Source: Squalus acanthias (taxonomy: Eukaryota). Taken from it: a stretch of 64,000 bases of DNA. The notes under the pieces were generated by a model that saw nothing but the letters and a program-made list of their open reading frames with translations, did no database searches and was not told where the DNA came from. Position 1 is the first letter of the stretch, and the number at the start of each line of letters is the position of its first letter. The stretch spans positions 9,362,001 to 9,426,000 of the forward strand of contig CM059427.1 of assembly GCA_030390025.1 (NCBI GenBank), in the 5' to 3' direction. Position numbers and translations under genes: made by a program. Shown piece by piece: positions 38,990-52,083 of the stretch.

Positions 38990-39413
38990 GGGCAACACGG
39001 TGGCATAGTGGTTAGCACTGGTGCCTCACAGCGCCAGGGACCTGGGTTCGAATCTGACCTCGGGTGACTGTCTGTGTGGAGTTTGCACATTCTCCCTGTG
39101 TCTGCGTGGGTTTCCTCCGGGTGCTCCCACAGTCCAAAAATGTGCGGGTTAGGTTGATTTGGCTATGATAAATTGAACCTTAGTGTTAGGGGGGGATTAA
39201 ATATGTGGGGTTATGGGGATAGGATGGGATATGTTAGGGAGAATTAAATACGTGGGGTTACGGGGGTAGGGTGGGATATGTGTACTGTGGGGATTAAAGC
39301 AGGGACAGGGTACTGGATTTGAATGATCAGCCATGATCGTATTGAATGGTGGAGCAGGCTCGATGGGCCGAATGGCCTACTCCTGCTCCTAGATTCTATG
39401 TTTCTATGTTTCT
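38990..39413 (+). mobile_element. HE1-type V-SINE, full length
   Basis: Near-identical to 715-1136. Confidence 0.85.
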
Positions 39414-41120
39414 AAATGGAGAAATGATCATTACATTTGCTGTAAAGTTAACTTTGTTTCTCTCTCCACAGATGCTATCTGACCTGCTGAGTATTTCCAG
39501 CAGTTTCAGTTTATATTACTGCTGCTGTGCTGGATCTGTTTTATGTGACCTTACTCCATCCAACTTATTTTCCTTTAGATCTGTGAGTTCTTACAACCAT
39601 TATTAGAAGGTTTGAGCAGCCTATTGCCATTAAAATTTCAAGCTGCCCTGTCAGCTGTAGTACATACTGGAAAAAACATGCGCTTGTTTTTTTTTTTAAA
39701 TCGCCTGTTGCTTCTCAGCTTCGGTGATTTAAAAGCTAAATTTACCAACTGAAAGCTAGCACGGAACAAACCAGCTCTCCCTCGTGGGACTACCCGAGAC
39801 CTGTTTCTTGGCATTACAATGTGTTTTCCCCGAATGATCAGGTTGGACGTGTTAAAATTTCCAAGCTACTTCATCAGTAAAAGCAGAGCGAGTCTAAACC
39901 AGTTCAGTCTGCTTACATCACCTGCTGCTGAGTGATCACACAATTCAGCGTCTGCAAATGAGTACATCTGAGGTAGATGTGAGTTCACTGTAAACACTCT
40001 CAGCCTAAAGACTGACTCGGTTGATTATTATTGTTTCCACTGCCGTATTTAGGAGATGATTTGAATGCGCGGTTATAAAGCACTTGTGGAAATGTACACC
40101 AGCAAGAGACAACAGGGACGATTTAAACTCGAGGCGCACAACAGCGGCTGAAGTCTTCCGGCCACTTGCCCGTTGTCGACAGCGTGAGGCCCCTGAGCCA
40201 TTTTGAGGCCCTGCTGGGCTCCACAAAAATTTTTCCCATCCACTACCAGACCCTCGGTGACCTCGCCTCACCCAGGATTACCTCATCCTCTTGAATAAGA
40301 AACTTTGCGCTTGGCTACGCAGAGGAGCCGGATTATCCCCCTCCCCAGGTCGACGAACTGTCCTTTGGCACTGGCAGCTTGCTGTGCACATTAGAGAGAG
40401 GCCAGACCATGAATATGGAATAAGCCTCCCAACTATGTCATCAGACAGAAGGCATAGGCGTCCAGCCACTGCCCGTCAAATGACAGTGCCCTGATTATAC
40501 ATCTGCTGCAGCTTTTGTTTCATGTTCTATGAACTCAAGAAAATGCAGACAGACACACATATATATATATATATACACACACATACACAGGTCAGAGTGA
40601 GAGAGACAGGGGTCATAGAGAGAGAGAGAAAGAGGGGAGAGTGTCTTTCTTCATTTAATGTTACTTCAATTTTCAAAAAAAAATGTTGCATTTTGAAGCC
40701 CACTAATGATCTTACCAGTGATTTGCTGATAATTAGGAAAAAGGTCATTGCCAATTTCTTATACCTATGAGACAAAGATTCTAATTTCTAACACAATTTA
40801 AGTGGGGAGAGGGAGAGACAAAGGCCCAGAAATTTAGGCTGGGTGCGCAGGGAGTGCTGTGTACATTCCCTGTGCCTGAATGGTGAGGCCCGAGGCACCC
40901 CAGATACTGGGCCTCGGGCCTTATTATGATGGAATCAGTGCGATGATTTGAGACCACCGGCAGAGTGCAAGATTGGGCCACTGCTAGCATCACAACAGCC
41001 CTCGGGTAAGTGGGTTTTAAAAAAACAAATTGAATTTTAAAACCATATAAAGCCTCTGAGGGAAACAGATAGAAAGGGAGGGTAGGAAGGAAGAAGTGAA
41101 GGGGAAGTTGTTTAGGGTGA

Positions 41121-41460
41121 GAGGAAGAATGTTCCCGATGGTCGGAGAGTCCAGAACCAGGGGTCATAATCTACGGATAACGGGTAAACCATTTAGGACA
41201 GAAATGAGGAAGAATTTCTTCACCCAGAGAGTGGTGAACCTGTGGAATTCTCTACCACAGAAGGTAGTTGAGGCCAAGTCATTAAATATATTCAAGGATG
41301 AGTTAGATATATTTCTTAAAGCTAAAGGTATCAAGGGATATGGGGAGAAGGCAGGGACAGGGTACTGAGTTTGGATGATCAGCCATGATCTCATCGAATG
41401 GCGGAGCAGGCTTGAGGGGCTGAATGGCCTACTCCTGCTCCTATCTTCTATGTTTCTATG
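41121..41460 (+). mobile_element. Young CR1 3' end (family B)
   Basis: GRMFPMVGESRTRGHNL..., tail ttctatgtttctatg. Confidence 0.9.
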
Positions 41461-42056
41461 TTTTCTGACCCCAGGAGTCTTACCATCTATCCTTGGATAG
41501 GCAAGTAGGAGTGGGGAGAGGGACAGTGAGTGGAGCTTAAGGATGAGGTGAGTGACAGTGGAGCAAGAGGGAGAGGAGGATATAGGGGTTGAGCAAGTAG
41601 GCAGGGGAAGAGGTAAGAGTAATGATAGGAGTGTGGGGGTGGCAAGATAGGGAAAGGGTAGTGGAAAGGTGAAGGGATGGGAACACAATGGGATCAAGGG
41701 GTTTGGCGGAACATATGAGTGGTTAGGGGAGGTGCTGGGAAGAGTCACCAAGGGCTACATTTCCCCCACAACCCTCATTCTCACATGCTGCCTGCAGCTG
41801 TTGATGGCTCCTTTCCCTGCTACACAATACCAGACCATGTCCCGCCTCCCGACTGAAAGGAGAGAAAATAAAAAGACAGAGAAGCAAAAGAGGACAGAGA
41901 GGGGAAACAATAGGAAGAGTTATGGGGAAAGCAGCGGGAGAGGAGAGACAGAGGGAAACAGCAACATGAGGGCAGCAGAGACAGGTAAGAGAGGGACTAT
42001 ATTCATCAACTGACTGTATGCAATGCTACAGGAGATATCATACATACAGATATAGA

Positions 42057-42654
42057 TAGTTCACTCGGTTAATCCCGGGGATGAGGGGGTGGACATATGA
42101 GGAGAGGTTGAGTAGATTGGGACTCTACTCATTAGAGTTCAGAAGAATGAGAGGCGATCTTATTGAAACATATAAGATTGTGAAGGGGCTTGATCGGGTG
42201 GATGCGGTAAGGATGTTCCCAAGGATGGGTGAAACTAGAACTAGGGGGCATAATCTTAGAATAAGGGGCTGCTCTTTCAAAACTGAGATGAGGAGAAACT
42301 TCTTCACTCAGAGGGTAGTAGGTCTGTGGAATTTGCTGCCCCAGGAAGCTGTGGAAGCTACATCATTAAATAAATTTAAAACAGAAATAGACAGTTTCCT
42401 AGAAGTAAAGGGAATTAGGGGTTACGGGGAGCGGGTAGGAAATTGGACATGAGGCTGAGTTCAGATCGGTCAAGGCCCTGTGGGTGGCGGAGCGGGCCCA
42501 GGGGCTGAGTGGCCGGGTCCTGCTCCTACTTCTTGTGTTCTTTAGATTTGAGGTTAGGATCAGATCAGCCATGATCTTATTGAATGGCGGAGCAGGCTCG
42601 AGGGGCCGATTGGCCTACTCCTGCTCCTATTTCTTATGTTCTTATGTTCTTATA
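42057..42654 (+). mobile_element. Young CR1 3' end (double-tail family)
   Basis: Open ORF2 C-terminus, duplicated tail, (ttcttatg)n end, about 170 bp from a MYO1B exon. Confidence 0.9.
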
Positions 42655-42826
42655 TAAAATATAGGAAGGATTTCAGGACTTTGTTCTCACAGTTCAGCTG
42701 AACCCTTCAGTGAGATTGCTGCCTTGCAGTAGATACTATTCCAATGAAAGTATTATATAATAAAGAAGTTATAATATTTCAACCAATAAAATTCTGGACT
42801 TTAAACCCCACTCCCAAGCGTCTTAC

Positions 42827-42930
42827 TTTGACTGTTCTAAAATTGGCAGCATCATCCACCCCATTCACTTTAGCCGAATCCAGGCCTAGGTAGTTGTATT
42901 GTTTGAAATCCCGCTCAAGCTTCAATCGTT
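42827..42930 (-). CDS. MYO1B: Myosin-Ib exon (104 bp): (K)RLKLERDFKQYNYLGLDSAKVNGVDDAANFRTVK
   Basis: ttccag|AA acceptor, AAA|gtaaga donor; phase 1/0 joins the previous exon in frame; DSAKVNGVDDAANFRTV is MYO1B-like. Confidence 0.95.
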
Positions 42931-43329
42931 CTGGAAGAGAAAAGTTAATATAATACAACATCAGTAAAATACCAACGTTTCAAAGCATTTACATTATCGC
43001 AGTGTTCTTTATTTGTTGCGTGGACATCGCACAGTCGACACCAGCTGATTGGCAGTGTCACAAATTTTGGATTGCTTTATATACTCATTTGGGTTTAGGG
43101 TCACTGGCCTCTTCTTTCAGCGGATCTGGTGCCCCTTATGATAAAGGAGTTTACCTTTACTGTCCAATATCTACTAATGCAGCAGTGTAACCTGGGGCTG
43201 TAATGATGGAAACGCCCTGCTGTGTGAACTGGATACTGTAATGGGTTCAGGGCTAGGGCAGCGTGGAACCTTGGGGGAAGTTTGGCTTAACTTGCAAGGG
43301 AAAGGGGGCAGAGGGGAAGCAGTCTTAGT

Positions 43330-44130
43330 GATATGAGCTCCTCGCACTTGTTGAAGGTAAGAGTGGAGGGAGCAGGGGAGAGGGGTGATTGGTAAGGACA
43401 TGATTGGTAATGATGAAAAGAAGGTGGGGGTTATCGTTGCTCTCCAGGATGATCCTGGAGTGGTGAGCAGCTTTGGCAGGGGAGAGCAAGGCCCAATAGC
43501 ACTTGATGTGAGCCAGCCAGATCTGGCTATGGATGGTTAAACTAGTTGTGCATCAGATAGTGCTCAGTCTGCACCCCTCGGATCTGAGGGACGAAATTGG
43601 TCGTCATACCAGGGGGAGAGAATAAAGGATTTGCAGGGGACAAGGGCATCCAAGGTGGATATGAGAGACTGTTTAAACAGATCAACAGTTGCAAAAACAG
43701 GGCCAAAGGCTAGGCAGTTGGGTTTTAGAAAGTGCACTTGTGATTTGGCGGGGTGGGGGGCGGGGGGGAGGTGGAAGAAATGTTTGCTAGGGACAGACAC
43801 AGAAGGAGCTGGGATTAGAAGTGGGTAGGGGAATGTGGGAGGTGACGGACACAAGGAACTGGTCAGAGATGGCCTTGTCTGTGATAGTAACTATGGGGGC
43901 AGGGTGGGCATGGGAAATGGCAAGATCCAGGCGGTTACCGTAAGTAGGGGGCGGGAGAATTTATATGGAAGGAGACATTTAGGGAGGCAAGGAGGTCAGT
44001 GAATTCAGAGGAGGGCGACGGCAGCGGAGATGAATATTGATATTACGGAGGATGAGGAGTCACTGTGTACAGAGGCTGAAGGAGAAAAGGATTGAGGATA
44101 AATCAGTGAGAAACTTGGGGCAGGATATGA
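43330..44130 (-). mobile_element. Degraded L2 fragment (endonuclease region)
   Basis: Reverse-complement similarity to 23190-23830. Confidence 0.6.
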
Positions 44131-45914
44131 TAAGAATTAAGATCAATGTTAATATGCTTGTGCTTTCCACCCCCCACACAATCTTATGAATCTTTGTGTT
44201 TAACCATCGAGTGCTGATGACGGATCAGGGGATCTGGCCTAGAGGAAGTACTTGAAACCAAGCATGTAAGGAAGCCGAATGAATAAATAATCCTTGGTTA
44301 ATGGCTGTATCTGTTCTGATGTCAAATCAGCCCCATATTATAAAGGTTCAGGATCCTCTAAATCTGTTCCTCTATTTAAATCACTGACATTCAGACCTTG
44401 ATTTGCTTTGTTGCTGCAAAGGACAGCAGATTTTCAGTTGGGCATGACTTCTTCTGCTTGCTCCTTTCCTGTAGCCTTGACCCAGCCCATTAGCTGGGGG
44501 TGGAGTAATTCAATTATTTAGAGTGGGCACTGGGGGGGTCAGCCAGTGACCACGCTGAGCCAGAAGACAGTCAGAGCCGGCACGGTCCCAGGGGATCGGG
44601 GGAGGTCTCTCACTTCTGGGAGGCAGCAGGCCAGAGGTTTTTTGTGGGCCTAAGAGGAGCATTCCTGTCCTCCTAGTCCCATTAAAAAAAAAATCCTAGG
44701 ATGTTTTCTGAGTGGCTTCCAGTGATCCCTTTAAGGAGCTGGTTAGCCATTCAACGTCTGGCACAAATGGGCGGAGCATCGGTGGCATATGCTCTGCCTA
44801 TTTGTACCTCAAAATTGCAGTTGGAGTCCTATGTACGTCAAAGGATGCTGATTTACATATTACAAGGGATCTTCTGCCTGAAACAGGCTCTAGTTGCCTC
44901 TTTCAGGACCCCATCTAAGATGGTAGTGGCAGGAGCGCTATTTTTAGGCCATTACCGCCCCATTTACACCAGTTGGAAGATCTTTAAATTGGCCTTAAGT
45001 TGTAACCACTAAGTTGTAATTAAATGCAGTTAGTTTTAGTCTCACTGCAGTTAATTAGTACATTTCTGGGCTTTGAATTCATCACAACAGGCTGAAATAC
45101 AAGTCACTGCCCAGCAGTTGGCCTGATGGACGTGGCTGGTATTGTGTGTGTTGGTCCAGGTTTAGGACCGCCAAGTCACAGGCTGCTGACACAGAACTCT
45201 GACACTACCAATGAGGGGACGCTGAATATTCTTGCTCATGGAGCACTCCTGTGAAGAGTGTTTTTAGGTTCTTCTCTCCCATTCTTTTCTCTAAAGCTCC
45301 TTGTACTGTTTTCTGTGTTAAAGACACTGTATAAATGCAAGTTGTTGTGGTTGTTACACAGAGATTTTAATGGTACCATTAGGCATCGTAACAAATAGAT
45401 CGGCATCAATAGTTATGCCACACAACATGGACAATGCAGTTTGAAGTCAGCCTAAACCGAGATTGAACTACTGCACAGCACAGCTCATATACTATCATTT
45501 AAACATGCTGGTTACTATGTGGGACTAGCTGAAGTGCTCTTGCAGAGAGCCAGCACAGGCTCAGCAGGCCGAATGGCCTCCTTCTGTGCTGTAACCATTC
45601 TATGACTCTATGATTCTAAAGGTCAATTAGTGACAGCAACAGGCTTATGTTGGAATATGCCTACCAATCCCATATGATGGGATTGCCCTCAAAGAAACAA
45701 TCAAGAAAGAAAGCTTATCGGTACTCAAATGTGGTGCAATGCACAATGGCAAAAGGGTTACAACTCTCATTGCCCCCAAATGCGAGTTCAAAATCTTGGC
45801 TTCTTCATTATGGACAGAAAATGCTAAAGTAAAGAGATAACTCCTGATAGTTTAGTTGGTAAATTCACTGTAGTGTGGAGATGAGCCATCCAGGCCAATG
45901 AGGTCCTTGGTTCA

Positions 45915-47100
45915 AGAACTACAGGAAGACATAGATAGGCTAGCAGGATGGGTAAATGGGTGGTAGATGCAGTTCTATACAGATAGATATGAAGTAATAG
46001 ATTTTGGAATTAAGAACAGGGAAGGAAATAGGCCTTAAATTGTGTGATTTTAAATGGAGTAGAACAGCAGAGAGACATTGGTGTTACAGATGAGCATTAA
46101 AAGTGGCAGTGCAAGCAGATTATGCCATAAAAAAAGGAAATACCAATCCTTGATCTTCTATTTAGAGGTATTTTCTGAGACCCCACACACAGTGAGGCCT
46201 TGCACACAATGGTTTATCAGAAAATCACTGGGGCACTAATCACAATTCTCCACCCGTTTCCAATGGACAGAAAATCAGGGTCAGTGTCTCCCCGATCTTC
46301 CAATAAACTGGAATACACATGCTGCCCATTTTTACTTGATATGTGCAGTAGTTTGCATTTGTCTGCATTAAATAGCACCTGGCATTATTCTACCCGCGCA
46401 CACAAACACTGTTTATGATATTTCAATTTGACTGTCTCTCCTAGTTTGGCATCATTTGCATTAAGTTTTTTGCGTCCAAGTCATAGATGTAAATTAGAAA
46501 CTGTAGCGGTCGCAGCACTGAGCCCTGGGGAATCCACCCACTACTTCCCTCTTCTAACTAGTGTCTGTTGTTTTCTATCCTTCAGGCAATCTCTTATCCT
46601 TTCTGAAGTTTTACCCTGAATCTCCACAGCTTGGAGCTCAACGAGCAGTCTTTTGTGTGGAACTTGTTTTTTTTGGAAGTCTAAGTACACAATGTATGTT
46701 TTCCACCATTCACTTGGGTGTCAAAGAAATCAAGAAGGTTGGTCAGGCAGGATTTTCCCCTTCTGAATCTATGCTGACTGCAGTTAACTGGGGTGTTGTT
46801 GTACAGATAATCCTCAAATTTACTCTGATAATCGATTACATAGTATTACTTAGTATTTACAGCACAGAAACAGGCCATTCGGCCCAACTGGTCTATGTCC
46901 ATAGGATTTAACTAAGATTAATGGATCTGTAGATGTCTATGTCTATTTTGCCATCCTCTCCAAATATAGCTACCATATTAGTCAGTTTCCAGTCTATTGG
47001 TATCTCCCCAGTGTCACTGACTTCCTCACAAAGATCACCAATGCCTCACAAATCTCCCTTGTGTCTCTCTCTCTGCACTCTGGGAATAAATACCATTTAG
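45915..47100. mobile_element. Old CR1 fragments in both orientations
   Basis: LQEDIDRL..W (plus strand), then degraded QGS.L / NYR-type RT remnants (minus strand). Confidence 0.55.
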
Positions 47101-47864
47101 CCCTTTTCAGCTTTTCTGGGGCTTCTATCTTTATATCAAAATTTTGCCTCAAGGTGATTCAGGCATCACATTGGCACCAACAGGCAGGCGGAGCAGCCAT
47201 TCCTCCGACTACCTGCCAGTTTGGGGTGCTACTTGAAAATCATCCCCACCAAGTCAAGAGGAGTGCTGCCTCTCGTGGCTTCCTTTACGCACTGAGTGAC
47301 TGAGCAATCATGCATTACATTTACCAACTCTGACGCAAAACTGCTAGGGTTTTACCAGTTTCTATTCAGTTGATTTAAGTCCCTTATTAAAATAGCTGTC
47401 CTGTTCTCACATACCCTCATTATCTCTTCATAGAGCAAACTGTCCTCTTTCTTGTGTTCACCGGGTGATCTATACAATCCCTCTAAGTAGTGGCTTGGAT
47501 TTCTTTTGCATTAGAGAGGTCTAATCAGAGTAGTTTATTATGTAGCTTACTCCCTCCCACAGGAGTAATTTAAATCATTTACTTCTCAGTTGTCCCTGAC
47601 ATATTTGGCTACACTACTTTCTTTTCTATCTACTCTGCCCTTTCTGAACTCTCAAAATCCCTGAATGTTAAATTCATTTCCATCCTCTGGGTCTTTTTGT
47701 ATAGCCTGCCAACACTCACCGTCAAGGCTCACACATGAACAACAACCACTTGGATAAGGTATCAGATAACTGGGTGTGAAATATGCTGTAGAATGCGTCA
47801 GTGCCTTCAGGAGAGACTTGGAGAAGAAAAAATAGGGGGGAAAACATTTGAAGATAGAATTTTA

Positions 47865-49440
47865 GACTCTCAGAAATTTACGGCACAGAAGGAGGCCATT
47901 CGGCCCATCGTGTCTGTGCCGGCCAAAAAAGAGCTATCCAGCCTAATCCCACTTCCCAGCTCTTGGTCTGTAGCCCTGTAGGTTCCGGCACTTCAAGTGC
48001 ATATCCAAGTACTTTTTAAATGTGATGAGGGTCTCTGCCTCTACCACCCTTTCAGGCAGTGAGTTCCAGACCCCCATCACCCTCTGGGTGAAAAAAGTTC
48101 TCCTCAACTCCCCTCTAATCCTTCTACCAATTACTTTAAATCTATGCCCCCTGGTTATTGACCTCTCTGCTAAAGGAAAAAAATAGGTCCTCCTATCCAC
48201 TCTATCTAGGCCCCTCAATTTTATACACCTCAATTAAGTCTCCCCTCAGCCTCCTCTGTTCCAAAGAAAACAACCCCAGCCTATCCAATCTTATTCCTCA
48301 AAGCTAAAATTCTCCAGTCCTGGCAACATCCTCGTAAATCTCCTCCGTACCCTCTCTAGTGCAATCATATCTCTCTCTAATGTGGTGACCAGAACTGTAC
48401 ACAGTACTCCAGCTGTGGCCTAACTAGTGTTTTATACAGTTCAAGCATAACCTCCCTGCTCTTATATTCAATGCTTGGCTAATAAAGGAAAGTATTCCCT
48501 ATGCCTTCTTAACCACCATATCTAACTGTCCTGCTACCTTCAGGAATCTGTGGACATGCAGTCCAAGGTCCCTCTGTTCCTCTACACTACTCAGTGTCCT
48601 ACCATTTATTGTGTATTCCCTTGCCTTGTTAGCCCTCCCCAAATGCATTACCTCACACTTCTCTGGGTTGAATTCCATTTGCCATGTTCTGCCCACCTGA
48701 CCAGCCCATTGATATCTTCCTGCAGTCTACAGCTTCCTTCTTCAGTATCAACCACACGGCCAATTTTTGTATCATCTGCAAACTTCTTAATCATAGCCCC
48801 TACATTGAAGTCTAAATCATTGCTATATACCACAAAAAGCAAGGGACCTAGTAATGAGCCCTGCGGAACCCCACTGGAAACAGCCTTCCAGTCGCAAAAC
48901 CAACCATTACCCTTTGCTTCCAGCCACTGAGCCAATTTTGGATCCAACTTGCCACTTTCCCATGGATCCCGTGAGCTTTTACTTTTCTGACCAGTTTGCC
49001 ATATAGGACTGGTCAAAAGCCTTGCTAAAATCCATGTAGACTACATCAAACGTGCTCCTTTGTTACCTCCTCAAAAAATTCAATCAAGTTAGTCAGACAT
49101 GACCTTCCCTTAACAAATCCAAAATAACAACAGAAAACGCTGGAAAAACTCAGCAGGCCAGGCAGCATCCGTGGAGACGAAAGGTCTTCGACCTGAAACG
49201 TTAACTCTGTTTCTCTCTCCACGGATGCTGCCTGGTCTGCTGAGTTTTTCCAGCGTTTTCTGTTGTTATTTCGGATTTCCAGCATCTGCAGTATTTTGCT
49301 ATCGCCTTAACAAATCCATGCTGACTGTCCTTGATTAATCCGTGCCTTTCTAAATGACAATTAATACTGTCCCTCAGAATTTTTTTACAATAATTTGCCT
49401 ACCACCAAGATTAGGCTGACTGGTCTGTAATTATTCGATT
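47865..49440 (-). mobile_element. 5'-truncated CR1 with a Penelope insertion
   Basis: [38 protein letters not shown], tail at the low end. Confidence 0.9.
49122..49304 (+). mobile_element. Short Penelope pLTR insertion with inverted 5' arm
   Basis: About 56-bp inverted repeat with 1 mismatch; 14-bp TSD ccttaacaaatcca at 49108-49121 and 49305-49318. Confidence 0.85.
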
Positions 49441-49594
49441 ATGAAGAGCATCTCTCTCTCTCTTAACAAGCCAATAGACACATATAATCTGATTTTACTC
49501 CAATATCCTTTGCATTGCTCACCTGTCAACAAAAAATGGTTCCAAAGGCTTGGAAATAAAATGTATCTAATTATCTGAACTACATAATGAACTA

Positions 49595-50095
49595 CTCTGC
49601 TACCTGTGTCCTAACTTGCACCAAGTCCCGTTCACCCATCACCCCTGTGTTCGCTGACCTACATTGGCTCCTGGTGTGGCAATGCCTCGATTTTAAAATT
49701 CTCATTCTTGTGTTCAAACCCTTCCATGGCCTCGCCCCTCCCTATCTCTAACCTCCTCCAGCCCTACAACCCTCCGAGATCTCTGTCCTCCTCCAATTCT
49801 GGCCTCTTGCACATCCCCGATTTTCAATCGCTCCACCATTGGTGGCCGTGCCTTCAGCTGCCTGGGCCCCGAGCTCTGGAATTCCCTCCCTACACCTCTC
49901 AGTCTCTCCCTCTCTCTCCTCCTTTAAGTCGCTCTTTAAAACCTACCTCCTTAACCAAGCCTTTGGTCACCTGTCCTAATATCTCTTTATGTGGCTCAGT
50001 GACAAATTTTGTCTGATAATCACTCCTGTGAAGCACCTTGGGACGTTTTTACTACGTTAAAGGCGCTGTATAAATGCAAGCTACTGTTGTTGTTG
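49595..50095 (+). mobile_element. L2 3' end
   Basis: PITPVFADLHWL...DFKIL; tail tataaatgcaag..(tgt)n. Confidence 0.85.
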
Positions 50096-50212
50096 TCATC
50101 AATGGAACAAAGCTTCTGGGTAGTCCCTTGAGCTACATGTACACACTGCAGAAGTCTTTAGTGCACCGATATTACAACTCATGACCCATCCACTTTCAAA
50201 AGTTGCACTTAC

Positions 50213-50311
50213 TCAGCAAATCATCGGAGCCACCGGACAACAGCTGATAAAAGATATGGAAATTCCGTTCACCTCTGGGCTGCTTGACAACACGCGATTT
50301 CTCCAGGAGAT
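50213..50311 (-). CDS. MYO1B: Myosin-Ib motor domain, internal exon (99 bp): (Y)[32 protein letters not shown]
   Basis: Myosin motor motif LLEKSRV...[10 protein letters not shown]; acceptor aaaag|AT, donor A|gtaagt; phase 1/1; peptide nearly identical to vertebrate MYO1B as recalled. Confidence 0.95.
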   Translation of the reverse strand: MSWRNRVLSSSPEVNGISISFISCCPVAPMIC

Positions 50312-50931
50312 CTTTTAGAGAGGGGGGGGGGGGGAAAGAGTTTTTGAAACAAATTATTAAAAGTAGTGCGATATGTTTAAAATACATTTGGATCATTTAT
50401 CTTAAATTCCATAAATAAACCTTTTTATGAAATGCAGCGAGTAACAGATCTCCAGTGATGCGGATCAGGCATGGGAACGTCTAATGCTTTCCTCAGTATT
50501 TAAAAAAAGTGTTGTCATGAGACACCGAGAATTAAAACAAATATTATTTTGGTATGATATCAGGCATTCATAACCTACTGTGAACATAAAGTACATGCAT
50601 ATGTGTTCCAGATAACCATCAGGATGAAGTGAGTGAAGGGAATCGTTTGCTAATACAATCTTTCTAAAAACAGAAACATATTAGGGTCCATAAAGAATGA
50701 ATGCTGAAAATGATGATTTTTTTTGACCCCCCACTCCACCCATTGCCAATTGTACCCACCACAAAAAATGTTAAGTTCAATCTTAAGGAACAGAACACCT
50801 CAGTGCTTTTCACCCTGAATCCTGTCTAACTCTTTTTGCAGTCCACCTATTCCTGTCTCGCTCTCAACCTCACAGGGAGGCAGCCTCAGTGAGCCAATTC
50901 CCCTGCAATACTGAAGACGACAAGATAGGTG

Positions 50932-51030
50932 CAGTCCCGACGAAGGGTCACAGACCTGGAACGTTAACTCTGTTTCTCTCTCTGCACAGATGCTGCCTGA
51001 CCTGCTGAGTATTTCCAGCATTGTCTGTTT
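50932..51030 (+). mobile_element. Penelope pLTR fragment (mutated hammerhead core)
   Basis: ccgacgaagggtcacagacctggaacgttaactctg...gacctgctgagtatttccagc. Confidence 0.75.
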
Positions 51031-51627
51031 ATATGTAAGCAGAAACAATATTTTTTTTTTAAATTAAAGAAGGAAACAGCCACAGGGCAGTGTACTGCAG
51101 AATTTTACAGAAGCAGTATCTTGGACCTCATTTTGTTTCCTTCCTTCAGTCTTTCCTCACCCCAGCAGCAAATATAGGAAAACAAAAATAGATTTTATAG
51201 CTTGTCAAGAGTAACAACACATGATACCATCCAATCACGCATACCACCAGAGTTCCCCATTTCAGTCACAATGGCTGCAGGAGAGGGGGTGGCAAACAAA
51301 TCTGTCCCCACAGAAAGAGAAGTGTCAGAGGGGTACTGTCCCTTACTACTCTCACTTGTACCCCTCCCTCCGTCCCGCCCTCCCTCCCAGCCACTTCAAC
51401 GTGGCATTGGAGTACAGTCAGCCATCTCAGCACAGTTTGTGTGCAGCCTGGAGAAGCCAGGGCAAAGAAAAATGGGAAGGTGCTGCAGCTTGCACACTCT
51501 TGTGGGGTCGGGCACCATGGCAGTCCCAAATAGGGAGGTTACTGAATTTGTCCCTGTACAATTCACCACTACAGAAGGTATGAAAGTTATTAAAGGGGCA
51601 GGAGCATACAGCTACAGTTCATCTGTA

Positions 51628-52083
51628 CATGACCTATGAGGAGAGATTGGGTCGATTGGGCTTATACTCGCTGGAGTATAGAAGAATGAGAGGGGATCTC
51701 ATCGAAACATATAAAATTCTGACAGGTCTGGACAAACTAGATGCAGGAAGAATGTTCCCGATGGTCGGGGAGTCCAGAACCAGGGGTCATAATCTAAGGA
51801 TAACGGGTAAGCCATTTAGGACAGAAATGAGGAAGAATTTCTTCACCCAGAGAGTGGTGAACCTGTGGAATTCTCTACCACAGAAGGTAGTTGAGGCCAA
51901 GTCATTAAATATATTCAAGAATGAGTTAGATATATTTCTTAAAGCTAAAGGTATCAAGGGATATGGGGAGAAGGCAGGTACAGGTTACTGAGTTTGGATG
52001 ATCAGCCATGATCTCATCGAATGGCGGAGCAGGCTCGAGGGGCCGAATGGCCTACTCCTGCTCCTATCTTCTATGTTTCTATG
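51628..52083 (+). mobile_element. Young CR1 3' end (family B)
   Basis: Open 120-aa ORF2 C-terminus, near-identical to the 21637 copy. Confidence 0.92.

Noticed and set aside
50932-50970. Active hammerhead ribozyme
   Set aside because: Both core boxes are mutated (CCGACGA, GGAAC).
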